DNA of 56,105 nucleotides, the filler included, from Bipalium vagum (taxonomy: Eukaryota), in assembly GCA_037834085.1 (NCBI GenBank). It is 3 parts of 3 records of this genome, joined end to end, with 100 filler letters (N's around TTAATTAATTAA, not from the genome) between each part and the next. Parts side by side here need not be neighbours in the genome. Positions count along the whole stretch, not along the records: positions 1 to 18,118 come from JBBMKC010034071.1; positions 18,219 to 40,444 come from JBBMKC010225221.1; 1 more part is not named here. One strand, given 5' to 3'. Positions within the stretch are counted from its first letter, which is position 1, and every line of letters starts with the position of its first letter. Shown piece by piece: positions 13,141-25,200 of this stretch. A program made the translations under genes and the position numbers. The notes below the pieces were generated by a model, which did no database searches, was not told the DNA's origin, and saw nothing but the letters and a program-made list of their open reading frames with translations.

Positions 13141-15119
13141 TATTAAGTAATTAAATAATAATATTATTTAATATTAATTAATACAATTAGATATATGACA
13201 TGTGGTGTTAAAACACTGTATACATTATATCCCAAAGTCAACCACCTCACGTGCATAGGTTACTTGGTTCAAAATTGTGCGATGGAAGTACAATTATTAA
13301 ATGTTACTAATAAAACGTTTATTAATTAAAATTACCAAGGTACATAAAAAAATCTAATTTTCAAAGTTTTTGAAAAAGAAATAATTTCGTAATGTGAATA
13401 TTTACTAAAACCTTCAGAAAAGTTTAATTATATTTTATAAAAAAATATTAAAAAATTATAAATAATATATTTATCAAAAATCAGTTCTTGTGTTCAGAAT
13501 TTAAATTATCAATTCTAAAGTCAAATAATGATAAGAATGTACCGTTAATAATCATTTAAATAAATAAAATAAAATTTTGGTTAATTTTGCAATGATTTTT
13601 ACAAATTTGAATATGAACGGATAATATCAAGAACGTTTACGGAGAACCATTCATACGATCTTGAGAAGCTCTATGTTAAAGATTCTCCGTTTGAAAAACT
13701 ATTAAGTCTGAACTGAAAAACTGAAAAATATCGTTATTATTTCTCCATTTTTTACTGATTAGAACGAGTATGAATTGACTCAGATTTTTCAATTGGTAAC
13801 GTAGATCAATGATATTCTATCAGAACATAGTATTAATTTATGCAATTCTCTTTCTATGTCCCAGTTTGGCTTAAGAAAATACTGTCAATATGTCAACTTT
13901 GAGAAATTATGTATCTGTTATTAACCTTTGTTCTCCGTTGATATATGCTGTGGAAGTAATCATTGAAAGATATAGTTGAAAAGTAAACGATGATAGAATG
14001 AAAATGACAATCATTAACTTCATCTTCTTACGGAAAACTGTGAGAGATCAATTCAAGGACCACATTATCCAGTGTTCTTAAATATCTCTGTGTCTAATAA
14101 CAGCAAAAACCAGTGAAAAATAATGTTTTTTAGCTTTTGTGCTTTACTGGAGTTTAGAAAATAATTAAAGAAAATAGCAAAACATTTATCAAGTAAATAA
14201 ATGGGTTGAAAACAATATCAATAATTTATTCACCTTATAATGTCATGTGTATATTTTTTTTTCTAATCCTCTTTTTAAAAGAAAAATTTTTAAAATGTTT
14301 CTAAAATATAAACTATGGAAAAAACTAAACGACTTTAGACTGAAATTTTCTGGGAGGCAAAGATTCTCCAAATCTTTCTTAAAATGTGAATTCTGTTAAA
14401 CTGCAATCCTGTACATGGATAAGAATGAGGAATCGCTATTTTACTAAGGTGATGCAAAAGTTCGTGATGAAAAAAATCTTATAAAGAAATTTTACAATCC
14501 AAATAAGGTTTAACCTTTATTTTCGAAATTTAATAGTTATATTCGATGTTTAAAATGTGTAATTTTATGTAAGTAACAATTTATCATTTGTTTAAATATT
14601 GAAATAAGTCCGATATATAAAGTTTGATGATTTAAAGTATTATTATTTTATATATTTCTTAAATTTCTTATACATGAAATATGGAACTGATAAGAACGCA
14701 ACATGTATGAAGGTTAATGTATGTAATCAAATGAAAAAATTAAAATTGTAATGCCTTTTCATTTGTAATTTAATAATCAAACGAGAGAAGTGAATAGAAT
14801 CCATTCTCTCTTCTGCTTAATGATCCTCAGATTTAAAAAGTCCTGTGAAAGTTCAATTCCATCAAAAGAGTTTATAGTTTCCCATGATTGATTAAAAAAG
14901 TATATTTTGTTATAATTTCATGTAATATTTCCAATTATGCTCAATAAATGTCCGAGTTTAAATTACTTTCACAGGGTAGAAGTTAAAAGAAAATGATTCC
15001 ATCTGAGTTCTATAAAACGGGAAGTGACCTTTTCCAAATCGCTGTACTTTAGAACATAAATAGGGCTGATATTTGTATATTACCATTGATATATTCTGGT
15101 TAGATTAGTATTAAATTAA

Positions 15120-15720
15120 TAAAATCCAACTTTTTATCCATAGTCACAATCCTTTTAAAAAACAGTCATCCATTAGGTTTTTCAAAATTGACTTACAAAT
15201 TTTAAGCCGTTTATTTGCATGGCTGTCCGAGGAGTTTTTTATTTTTCCAAATAAAATAAAAATGTCGTTGAATGGTGGACTGAAGAGTTAGCTACAACGG
15301 TTAATTGACGAATTGATTGAAGCAGATTGGATTCGACAGATTCTTTTAACACATCTTCATCAAACATTTATATCCTTCATTGATTGGGTTGCCGTTGGAG
15401 GCTGTTGTCATCCGATTTAAATTTTGCAAGTCACCACATGGCTGTTCTCTTGTTTTTTTTATCTGGGAATTTATCTGGTAAGCTTTTGAGGTGGACATTT
15501 TTTTCCAATAATATAAAGTTACTAAAAATCTCATATCTTTACTGTCATATTTGACGCTAAAAATGGATTATTAAAAAACTTGATCTAAAAATATTTCTCA
15601 CTATTATATTTGAATGGTTAAGAGAATTTTAAACAGTAATAAACTATATCAAATCTCTTCATTCACAAAAGATTTGTTTCATTTAAGTTTTAATAACGAT
15701 ATTTTTACGAGACAACATAA
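15120..15720 (-). mobile_element. Decayed mariner 5' fragment
   Basis: Minus strand gives FLKRIVTMDKK (mariner RIVTGDEKW motif) with upstream HTH-region remnants and many stops. Confidence 0.55.
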
Positions 15721-16089
15721 TGTAAGATGACCTGAAACTTTCAGTATAATTAATTATTATTTTCATTAAATTTAAGTTTATTCATGCTGTACTATAAGGA
15801 TATTAGTGAAGGAAATCAATTCTTACGTTCCAATCAGGATCGATTCAGATGACAGTTTAATTAATTAGTTCATAAATTCTCACATAAAATTTATGCTCAT
15901 GGAATTTGAATTAAATGTTTCTCAAAATAAATCTTATTATCTTTTATTAGATCTTTAAAAATCCCAATTCAATTTTTTATACCAATACAATGTAAAGAAT
16001 CATCTGACAGTCTGTATGTTTCTTCTGAGTAAAACAGAAATGTGTTTGGGGTTTTTGAAGTTATATTATTTTATAAGAAATATGAACAA

Positions 16090-16335
16090 GTACAATTACA
16101 TATATGAAATAAACTATCATTTAAATGTCCACCACGACTTTGTCTGCATGTATTAACCCGACAATCAAAAATTGTAATTACATTTCGACATGTTTTTGAA
16201 ATTATTTCATGATTTGGTTTGTGAATATTGTCCTTTAGCTCATTTTTGGGATGTTTTGGTAAATCTTAATATATAGGAAACCCACAAAAAGAAACCCAAT
16301 GGAGTTAGATCACAAGATCTCGGAGGGAAAATGAT
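16090..16335 (-). mobile_element. Tc1/mariner (DD41D-like) 3' fragment
   Basis: Minus strand FPPRSCDLTPLGFFLW resembles the WPPRSCDLTPLDFFLWG motif. Confidence 0.65.
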
Positions 16336-18118
16336 ATCTACATTTCACAATTTTCTGATCGTGTAATTTCACGATTTTCAAGTATCGAAGTAGTAAATAT
16401 TTTCAAAATCTAGTGAATAATTTTTATATCAAGACTTTTCAAATTTAAGGAAATCTTAAAAGTTTATTTATTGAATAATTAAAAAATTTTTATTTAAAAG
16501 AAATATTAAAAATAGTCAACCATGCACATTGTTTATATTTTAATTTTAACCAGCTCCGTTTAATCTGACTCCAAAATCTTTTATTACATAACCTAACAGT
16601 GAAATAAAATAACAAATAAAAAAATCTCTAAATTTATTAAACGCTAACATAAAATCACGAAAATGTAAATTTTAAATCAGAACACGCCTGATGACTAATA
16701 ATTAACGCCTTATTGAATCGCAATCACTTTACACCAGCAGTCAACTAAGGTAACGCAAACTGCTGTCCATCCACGCGCCTTGATCAGTTGCTGACACTAA
16801 ACCTCAAAATGAAAAACTAAAAAAAATAATATGAACAACAGTTATAACTAAATTAAAAATAAATCGATTGGAACTATTCCAAGATAAAATAAAAATTATC
16901 AACAAAATTAAATATTAGAATAAATAATAAAAAAAGATAAAGGAAAATAATACCGGTCTCCGAATAGACAAATCTTTAAATTTTCAAGACCAACGAAAAA
17001 TCCGAACTCACCGGAACCCGGACATGAAATCCGCTCAAATCATATACTCACTTCTTTAGAATAACATCGGAAATCTAATGTTTGGTGCACTTTAATACAT
17101 CAGCAATTCGTTTTTAATAATTCAGCAATTGACTTTTTATATAACCACAATTTAATAATCCAATAATTGACTTTTTCTGACTTAGGCAACTCTACGCATT
17201 CCTTATAAACTAGAAGCTTCCAGACTTGTTTTCCATCCAATCATATGTAGTCTTTGTTGCTGACAAAAGTAAATAATTAGTTTAGGCAAGAGCAGCTGCA
17301 TATCTCCATCAATTCTCATCAATAAGAGGTTCCTCTTTTGCTTGAGGAAATTATTCGACAATCACTTTAATATCTAAAACATTTCATGTATCATTTTCAA
17401 ATTTGTTTCAAATTAAAGTTTGTAACTTTTATTAATTATATTAATTTAAACATTTTTAATATCTTAATTTTAATTAGTCAAAAATTTAGAAAAATTTTCA
17501 TGAAACTTATAATTTTATTTTTCATAACGGATTATCATCTGTGATTTCTTTGGATTTTGGGTAAATATTTTTCGGCATAACAGTGATAACTAAGACTGCA
17601 TTGGAAACAAGTTTGGATTTTTCACAATCCTCTTTTCTTACTTATTTCTTTTATTATTATCTCCTTCATAATTGTTTTCATTAAAACAAATTATAAAAAT
17701 AAAACAGGTCTTCCAAAAGATTATTTAATATTTTATTTTAATAATTAAAAATTAAATACCGTACTTCAAAATAAACCAGAATTCCAAAACTCTCAATATT
17801 CAACAATAAATAATTGTGCTGTGAAGTAAGGAAGTGCAAACAATGAATTTTCTTATACTATTATTAAATTTAAAAGAGATAATAAATAATAATTATTATT
17901 ATGATAATAGTAAGATGTACATGAAAAAATGGAAGACTTGGTATATTCAGAATTGTTTAGAGAATGTTATGACAATAATTGAAACTATACCAATAATGAA
18001 TTAAAACCAGGAAGAAAAAATTTTATTCATTTCGATAATTTAAAGTACAGGTTTTATTCAGAGTTTGCAAGTTGTTCTATAGAATAGCAAGCGAACGTAA
18101 ATATAGTACTATATATTG

Positions 18119-18218
18119 NNNNNNNNNNNNNNNNNNNNNNNNNNNNNNNNNNNNNNNNNNNNTTAATTAATTAANNNNNNNNNNNNNNNNNNNNNNNNNN
18201 NNNNNNNNNNNNNNNNNN
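18119..18218. other. Scaffold gap with artificial six-frame-stop linker
   Basis: 44 N + TTAATTAATTAA + 44 N = 100 bp; identical layout at 40445-40544. Confidence 0.97.

Positions 18219-18285
<67 letters not shown>
18219..18285. repeat. (AAT)n microsatellite abutting the gap
   Basis: About 22 tandem AAT units directly after the N run. Confidence 0.95.
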
Positions 18286-18288
<3 letters not shown>

Positions 18289-19249
18289 TAATAATAATTT
18301 AATTTTCATTAAATTAATATCATTTTTATCCTATACTGATTTGATGTCATTTATTTGTGTTTGTTTTAATCATTTAGTCTTATCATTTAATCATTATCAC
18401 TACATTATTAGTGTTTTACTCGTTGCGAATTGTTAGGAATGGACTAAACTTGTGGCTAGGAAGCATTTGAAATTATAAGATAGAGACGTAAACGTTTTGT
18501 AAGAACAACTCAGCGTTATAAATATGAATTACCGATTAATAAGTCGGACTGTTGTTTGACGTATTTTGACAAATAAAAGAAAAGAAAGTGCATCCGAGGA
18601 GTTTATCATATCATTCAATAGAAAATATTTCTGAAAACGTGAACTAATTGTGTATAATGGACTACGAATTGATGAATTTACTTGTAAAGTCGTTTATGGT
18701 AAACTGAAGGAATTTTAGGATTTCATATCGGAATATCTGCAGGGTGCTGAAGCTTTTTGTTACAATGATAAAGAATGGTGGGAAGGTTACCGGTACATTT
18801 CAGTGGCCTGACAAGAAGTATGTATTGATATTGAAGCGAAGAATGAGATAATTGGATGACGATGAATATTTAATGTATTGTGGATGTAATGCTGATAAAG
18901 AGATATTACTAAGGGCTACCCAAGCAAACAATCAAGGGGAACCGGTATGTACGATAAACGGTCACATGAATATGATTGAATCTCAAAAATAGAAGTACTG
19001 AATTCTGATTTATCTGTGCTAGGGAATATTGCAGATGAAGAAGAACTATTAGTATTCCAAGTAATTCCAACACCCGAAGAGCAACACAAACGAACGACAA
19101 CTTATTTTTAATTTTTACAATATCCATATTTTAGAAAGTATTATTGATTGTTTTTATTAATATTACGTCAATTAAAAATTAACAGAAAATCTTAGATAAA
19201 AAAGGTTCTTTACATAAAACATATAATTATAACGTATTCAACTTCATAC

Positions 19250-22200
19250 TTGATATAACTCTCTTAAAATATCGGCTGAAAGAAATTTATCAACTTCAAA
19301 ATTATTTTCCAAAAATAAATTGACAAATTCCGGTTTATTATCCTTTACAGAGCTCATAAACATTGTGTTAATAAAATCTAGTTTCATCTGAAATCAAGAA
19401 AAATATTAAATAAAAAATATAAATTCTTAACAAACAGTATTATATTTAGGATCGGAAAAGACAAATTTTTCTGCAATATTCGGACAATTAAATCTTATAC
19501 ACAGTTTCAAAGTCTTATCCAGGCTTTTGTCAGCACCTATTAATTAATAAAATTATATTTCATCTTACTTGAATAAAATATAACAAATTTAACTCATTTT
19601 TATACAAAATATAAAATATTTTAATGAAGGCAACATTTCTGTACATAGTAAAAATAGAGAGCGAAAAACTTTCTAAAAAATATGAAGAATAAAAATATGC
19701 TAATGGCACGAATAATAATTATCATATTTTTTAAACTCATTTCATTGTTATGTTATTATTATCTGAAAATTCGGATCATGCTTTTTTGATGTAATCGATC
19801 GGTCAAAAAATATAGTTGAAAAACAAACGCAAATATTAAAAAATAAACAAATAATTTTCGATTTATAGAATTATTAAATAAGAAATTGATTGGCAATTCC
19901 TCGATGGAATATTTTGTGGAAGAAATAAGAACACATTGGTTCCGAAACATCTTATTAGTAAGAAATGTTTGAAAATTGATAATTTAATGGTGAGATCCGG
20001 AAATAATCCGGATGACGTAAAAATTTGTAGTTCAACTTTTGTTGTTAATCTCGAAACATTTTGTCTGGCATCACCGTTGAAAAAAAATAGATTGCCTTCT
20101 ATCAATAAATGCTGGTTGATTTTCAAGTTACTTCCGGGGTATTACTTCGGTTTCGTTGACCAGGTTCACCAGGTGTTAAAAGATTTTAATGAATTAATCT
20201 AGCTGCAGATTATCAAACAGTGAACATAGTTTTCTTTGATTGATAGCTTTGTTTAGGTAGATTTTTCAGTTCTTTATCCGCATCCAGTCATTATGCTGAT
20301 CTTCACTGATTGTCATATAGTACTCATTTCTTATCACAGGTTACAATTCGAAACAAAGAATCATTGCGGTTCCGAATAATCTTCTACTTTTCTGTTTATT
20401 ATTGAATTATTACAGTATCTATTTATCGAGCTTTTTTACTTTACCATGCTCTTGAGGATGCCGGAAAATGATTGCCGAAACTTGACGAAACTCAATTCTT
20501 CAACTAGTTTTATAACAGATTTATTTTCGTATCGCTTTCAAGTACTTCTTTCATATTATATAATAAATTAAATAAAATGTGTGAAAAATATATTATTTTT
20601 GATTATGGTAAAGTTTCTTTATTTCCACAAAATTTTGTAAAATATGGAAATCTGAAAAATTGTAAATTTATTCGTGAAATACTTAATTATCAGGAGATAT
20701 ACATATATGTATATGTTTTATTTTGACTACAAAAAATCTGTTGTTCAAGAGTGAAGTATTGGGTTCAGCCAAAAAATCAGCTTTCTTATTCAATAATTTT
20801 ATTGCAAAGAATAAAACTTAACAAAATTAACAACTCAATAAAAATTAACATATACCTTATGAAGCAGTGAAATCATTTTAATATAAAGGGCAAAACACTA
20901 ATAACTTTTTTCTCGACCTAATAATAATAATAATAAATCATAATTGAAAAATTCAATATATTTGGTTTTTCATAACTTTATATTTCTTTCTTCTTTCTTT
21001 TTATTTTATTTTTTTATGGTTTTGATTTATTGTATCATAAGTGGTAATCAACTTTTTCTCACTAGATTTAGCAAAAGATCAGAAATAAAGGTTTCGACAA
21101 AATGAAGGAAAGCTGGAAGCAGGCTCAAAAATCACTGGAATTTTGTGAAGATTAAATAAAATCAACTTTACCGTTTGTCATTTCATCATTTCTTTTTACT
21201 TTAATTCCAGTAATTTTATTTCACCCTCGTAAAACTCTATAAATATTAACCATTTAGACTCTTACAAATCAGAAAATTGATTGTATTCATGCTCTCTAGA
21301 TCATGTAGATTAGCCTAATAAATTACATCTTTATACTTTCAATTTTCCTAACAAATTGAGAAGTTAATAGGATCTTCACCTCTGGATACATATTGATAAG
21401 AGCAACAATCAATCCATTAAAATTAAAAGCTAAAATAGAAAAACTTTATAAAGACAATATATTGAACAATGGTAAAATGACAGGTAGTCTTGTTGATGAC
21501 AAGATCACAATTTTGAAAACAGCAACAGAAACATATTTAAAAGGAAGTATGAGGAAAAAAGACCAGATTTTGAAAAATATGAGCAAAAATATCATAATTA
21601 TAAATTTTGATTAGTTGACTTTTTTTTAATACTTTGATGGTCAATTTTCTTGTTCTCTATCTTTTGAAAAAAAATTCTACAAAATTGATATTTCATTTAA
21701 ATGAAAAATAAAAAGATCTCCGTTATTTTATTGACCTCTTAGACTTAGGTTCAAAATGTTTATCAATTTTTATCACGATATATTATCAAAAATGTCAAGA
21801 GAGCAATAAAAACTAGATACAGTCTTGTACCAAGAACTTAAATATTTTATTTTTTAAAACAAAGTAATAACGAAATATATTAGTACAGTTGACATGAAAG
21901 TAAAATTTATTTATTAATATAAGTCATGATATTATGGAAAAAATTTTACCTATAATCATTGCTTCCAATATTTTTTTATCAAATTTTACATTTGTATCCA
22001 TCATATCGTAAATGACGATCTAGGTATGAGTTAATTTTAAAAGATTCGGTTTACGATTTATACCTTTTTCTGAAATCTTGTATACATTTCAAAGAAACAA
22101 TCTGTAAACATATCTCTTTCCGAATCTCCTCGTCCATCTTCTGGTATTTCTAAGAGACTTGAATTCTCTTTCACAATTTTCGTGATTCCATTTTTCAGAG

Positions 22201-25200
22201 TATTTTTACTTAATGTTATTATTTTCATTTTTTTGCTCAAAAAATAAATAAATTACTTATTTGGTAACTCCATAACTTCTGAAATAAGATTAGCAACTCT
22301 ACCAGATCCTTTCATTACTAATAATGGAACATTTCCATTAAGAGCATTATATGCATTTTTAACAGCTCTTTTTCCACCTTCAAATAAAATCTGGACTAGA
22401 AAACCATCAGCTGAAACAAAGTTTTGTTTAAATCAAATAAAAATTTTTAAAAAGTAACTGTAAAATTTATTTGCTATTATAAAAAATTCAATGAGAACAA
22501 CATTTTCATTTTAAAGTTATTCTTGAGTCACGAACAATACATATTTTATGAAGAATATTATAAGAGGCATTGAGTTGTTTTAGTTTTACCAAACTATTGT
22601 AAGTTTTTATTCACTTTAATATGAGGGGTACATTTAGAAAGACAATGGGAAAAGCTTTTTTTAACATGTTAAGAAAATTTGAAATATTTATAATAATGTA
22701 AAGCAAAAAATAAAATATTGATTGGGAATTAGCTTCCATCGTTTTGTAATTTATAATAAAATTTTTGTGTATTTGTGAAAGAAAATAAAACTAATCGGTA
22801 AAATACACTTAAAAGTAATATTTGAGTGTCTCTGTTAACATTAATATCGATTATTTGTTTAATTTGTTTAATTTGGTTAAGTTATAATTATTTTAGGCGA
22901 AAATGCAAAAATATATACCAAAAAAGATCATTTGTGGGACGCAATATTACTTTGCTTCAGTTTAAAGAAATTAGAACCAGAAACCTATATTACAAGCTAA
23001 CGAAGAACATCCGAAGCTACATATAGAGAATGGTCTTACTGGCTTAATTTTGGTGACTACATCGTACATGACAAAGAATTCAGACCAACCAATGAAGTTT
23101 GAAGATGAAGACTTACAAGTACTAATCCAAGAAGATCCTTTGAAAACGCTTGAAGAAATGGCAGGAACATTGAATGTCGACAGAAATACTATCGATAAAT
23201 GTTGCAACTAAATAGAATAATACAAAAGGGAATTTATAAAATTGACACAAAGGTAGCAAGAAAAGCATAAAAATGTTTTCAAAATCATTCTTACAAGGTA
23301 ATCTTTTTGCATCGAATTGCAACCGGTGATGAAAAATGGTACTGGAAACCCTAGGCTTAGAAATTCGTTGATGAAGTTTGTTGAATATATTGTTATGCAT
23401 CTAGTAGAGCCTAATAGGAATTTTTTACCATGACTTGTTGAAAACCATCCAAAACTGTGACTAGTGAATGGTATCAAAAACAATTGCTCGATTTTTGTCG
23501 AGCAATAAGTTTCAATACGCTATAATATACTCAAAGATATTATTTTGCAATACGAGAGAAAGGAACTTTGAAAAAATTTGGTTGAGAGGTTTTACCTCAC
23601 CCGCCGTACTTAGAGTCTGTAAGGAGTTTAGATGACAAATGAATGGGGGACGTAGCTCAGCGGTAGAGCAGTCCATGCGCATGTGAAAGGTCCCGGGTTC
23701 GAATCCCGGTGTCTTCAATTTATTTGAACCTAACATGGCGACCACGCCAGGACCCCAACCAGCGGACGAGTTCTCGGGGCGGTAAAGGGCCTGGTCGTGA
23801 AGTGGAGAAAGGAAAGCTTAAAAGAAGAGGTATGTAAGGAGTTTAGATGACAAATGAATGGGGGAGCAGTCCATGCGCATGTGAAAGGTCCCGGGTTCGA
23901 ATCCCGGTGTCTCACCTGATTTCCACTTGTTTTGCTTCATGCAGCATTTTCTTTCTGAGTACACATTGAAAGATAAAGTACAAGAATTGAAAGATAAAGT
24001 TCTTCCGACATGGCAGAAAACATACAAATAAGATAACGCAACTTGATTGCTTTTCTACACTAAGGTAAAGAAAGGCAGCTCTAAAAGGAAGAGATATAAA
24101 GGCAGAATTGTCCATTTCCTTCAACAGTTAACCTTTGGAATTCTATCAAGATGGTATTTAGCCAGTAAATACCGAACAAAGTGAAACAATATGATGGGCA
24201 CTATTTCGATTAATAAATATATGTGAACTAAAAAAACGGACTTCAACTTATTTTCAAAAAACTGCAGAATTAATTGGATACCTGATATTTTATTGATTAA
24301 TTATGAAATTAGATAATTTCGATTTAACCCGTATTCGAATCAACTATTTTATAGTGTACATTAAAAATGAAAACAAATATTGTACTACAACATCAAGACA
24401 TAAAAACTATTATAATATTCATTGGTGAATTATGAGTTGTCCAAGAAATTTATTAAAACTATTTTTAATCGTTAAAACATTAAATATTATATAATTTTTA
24501 AAACAAATGTGAAATCTTAACCTTCTTTCTTTATGTAATTTTCAAATTTCATCCTGAATTCAATCTCCTTATCATATTGCCTTTCAGATCCATCATCACA
24601 AAACAAAAAATAATCATAGAGATCAGAAAGACAAACTTGTTTTTTTTCAGTGAATTGTTTATTTTCGTATTTAAACTGAAAATTTTCAAGGTCAAAATAA
24701 GATCATTACGATATCATAAATAAATAAAGTAAATATAATGCTTTTAAACATTACTCAAAATAAGAAAATTCGCCCGATTATTTTAATAATGCATATTGTT
24801 TTTAAATTTCTATGCTGATTGTTTTAATACGATGGTTATTTATTATAAAATGACAAAGAACAGTAATATCTATCTCTAACAAATTTTCAAAGACTGCTTG
24901 TTGATATATCTTTATGGTCTACATGTTTCAAAAATGACGGTGCACAAGTTGTACGAATTGGGATACGAAATTCAACCTCACCCCCTTATTCACCGGCCCT
25001 CTCGCCTACTGATAATCATTTTTTATAACATTTGACTTCTTTCATTCGAGAAAATAAACTTCAAGAACCAGAACGATGTCAAAACTGTCTTCAAGCATTT
25101 TGTCGCATCCAGAAACCAGACTTTTATTTGACTGGAATAAATAAACTTGTTTCAGGATGGGAAAAGTGTGTTCAATCGAATGGATGTTATTTTAATTAAT

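Larger units (their letters stand above)
23618..23911 (+). mobile_element. Miniature non-autonomous LTR retrotransposon (TRIM) with tRNA-derived LTRs (Helenus-like)
   Basis: LTR1 23618-23735 (TGTAAGG...CCTAACA, 6/7 inverted termini); PBS TGGCGACCACGCCAGGAC at 23736; purine tract ending AAAAGAAGAGG at 23830. LTR2 starts at 23833 and is identical to LTR1 apart from a 17-nt deletion and a lost 3' end. Confidence 0.85.
22720..24285 (+). mobile_element. Decayed mariner (Mos1/mauritiana-like) in a TRPM intron, interrupted by nested insertion(s)
   Basis: KFEDEDLQVLIQEDPLKTLEEMAGTLNV, FLHRIATGDEKW and EVLPHPPY lie before the insert; PDFHLF..MQHFL lies after it. The 3' TIR-like end is aattggatacctga then TA. 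The 5' boundary is approximate. Confidence 0.8.

Noticed and set aside
16688-16725. CTGATGA hammerhead core
   Set aside because: No GAAA after a stem II.
18163-18174. TTAATTAATTAA palindrome inside N runs (also 40489-40500)
   Set aside because: Identical 44N-12-44N layout twice; an assembly linker, not biology.
20445-20500. Penelope-type hammerhead-like motif (ttgagga...gaaac)
   Set aside because: The core deviates from CUGANGA and stems I-III could not be paired convincingly.
23646-23717. Functional tRNA-Ala gene
   Set aside because: Anticodon stem unpaired, no U33, and the sequence is embedded in an LTR.
23512-24124. Minus-strand ORFs repeating TPGFEPGT
   Set aside because: These are antisense translations of the tRNA-like sequence.
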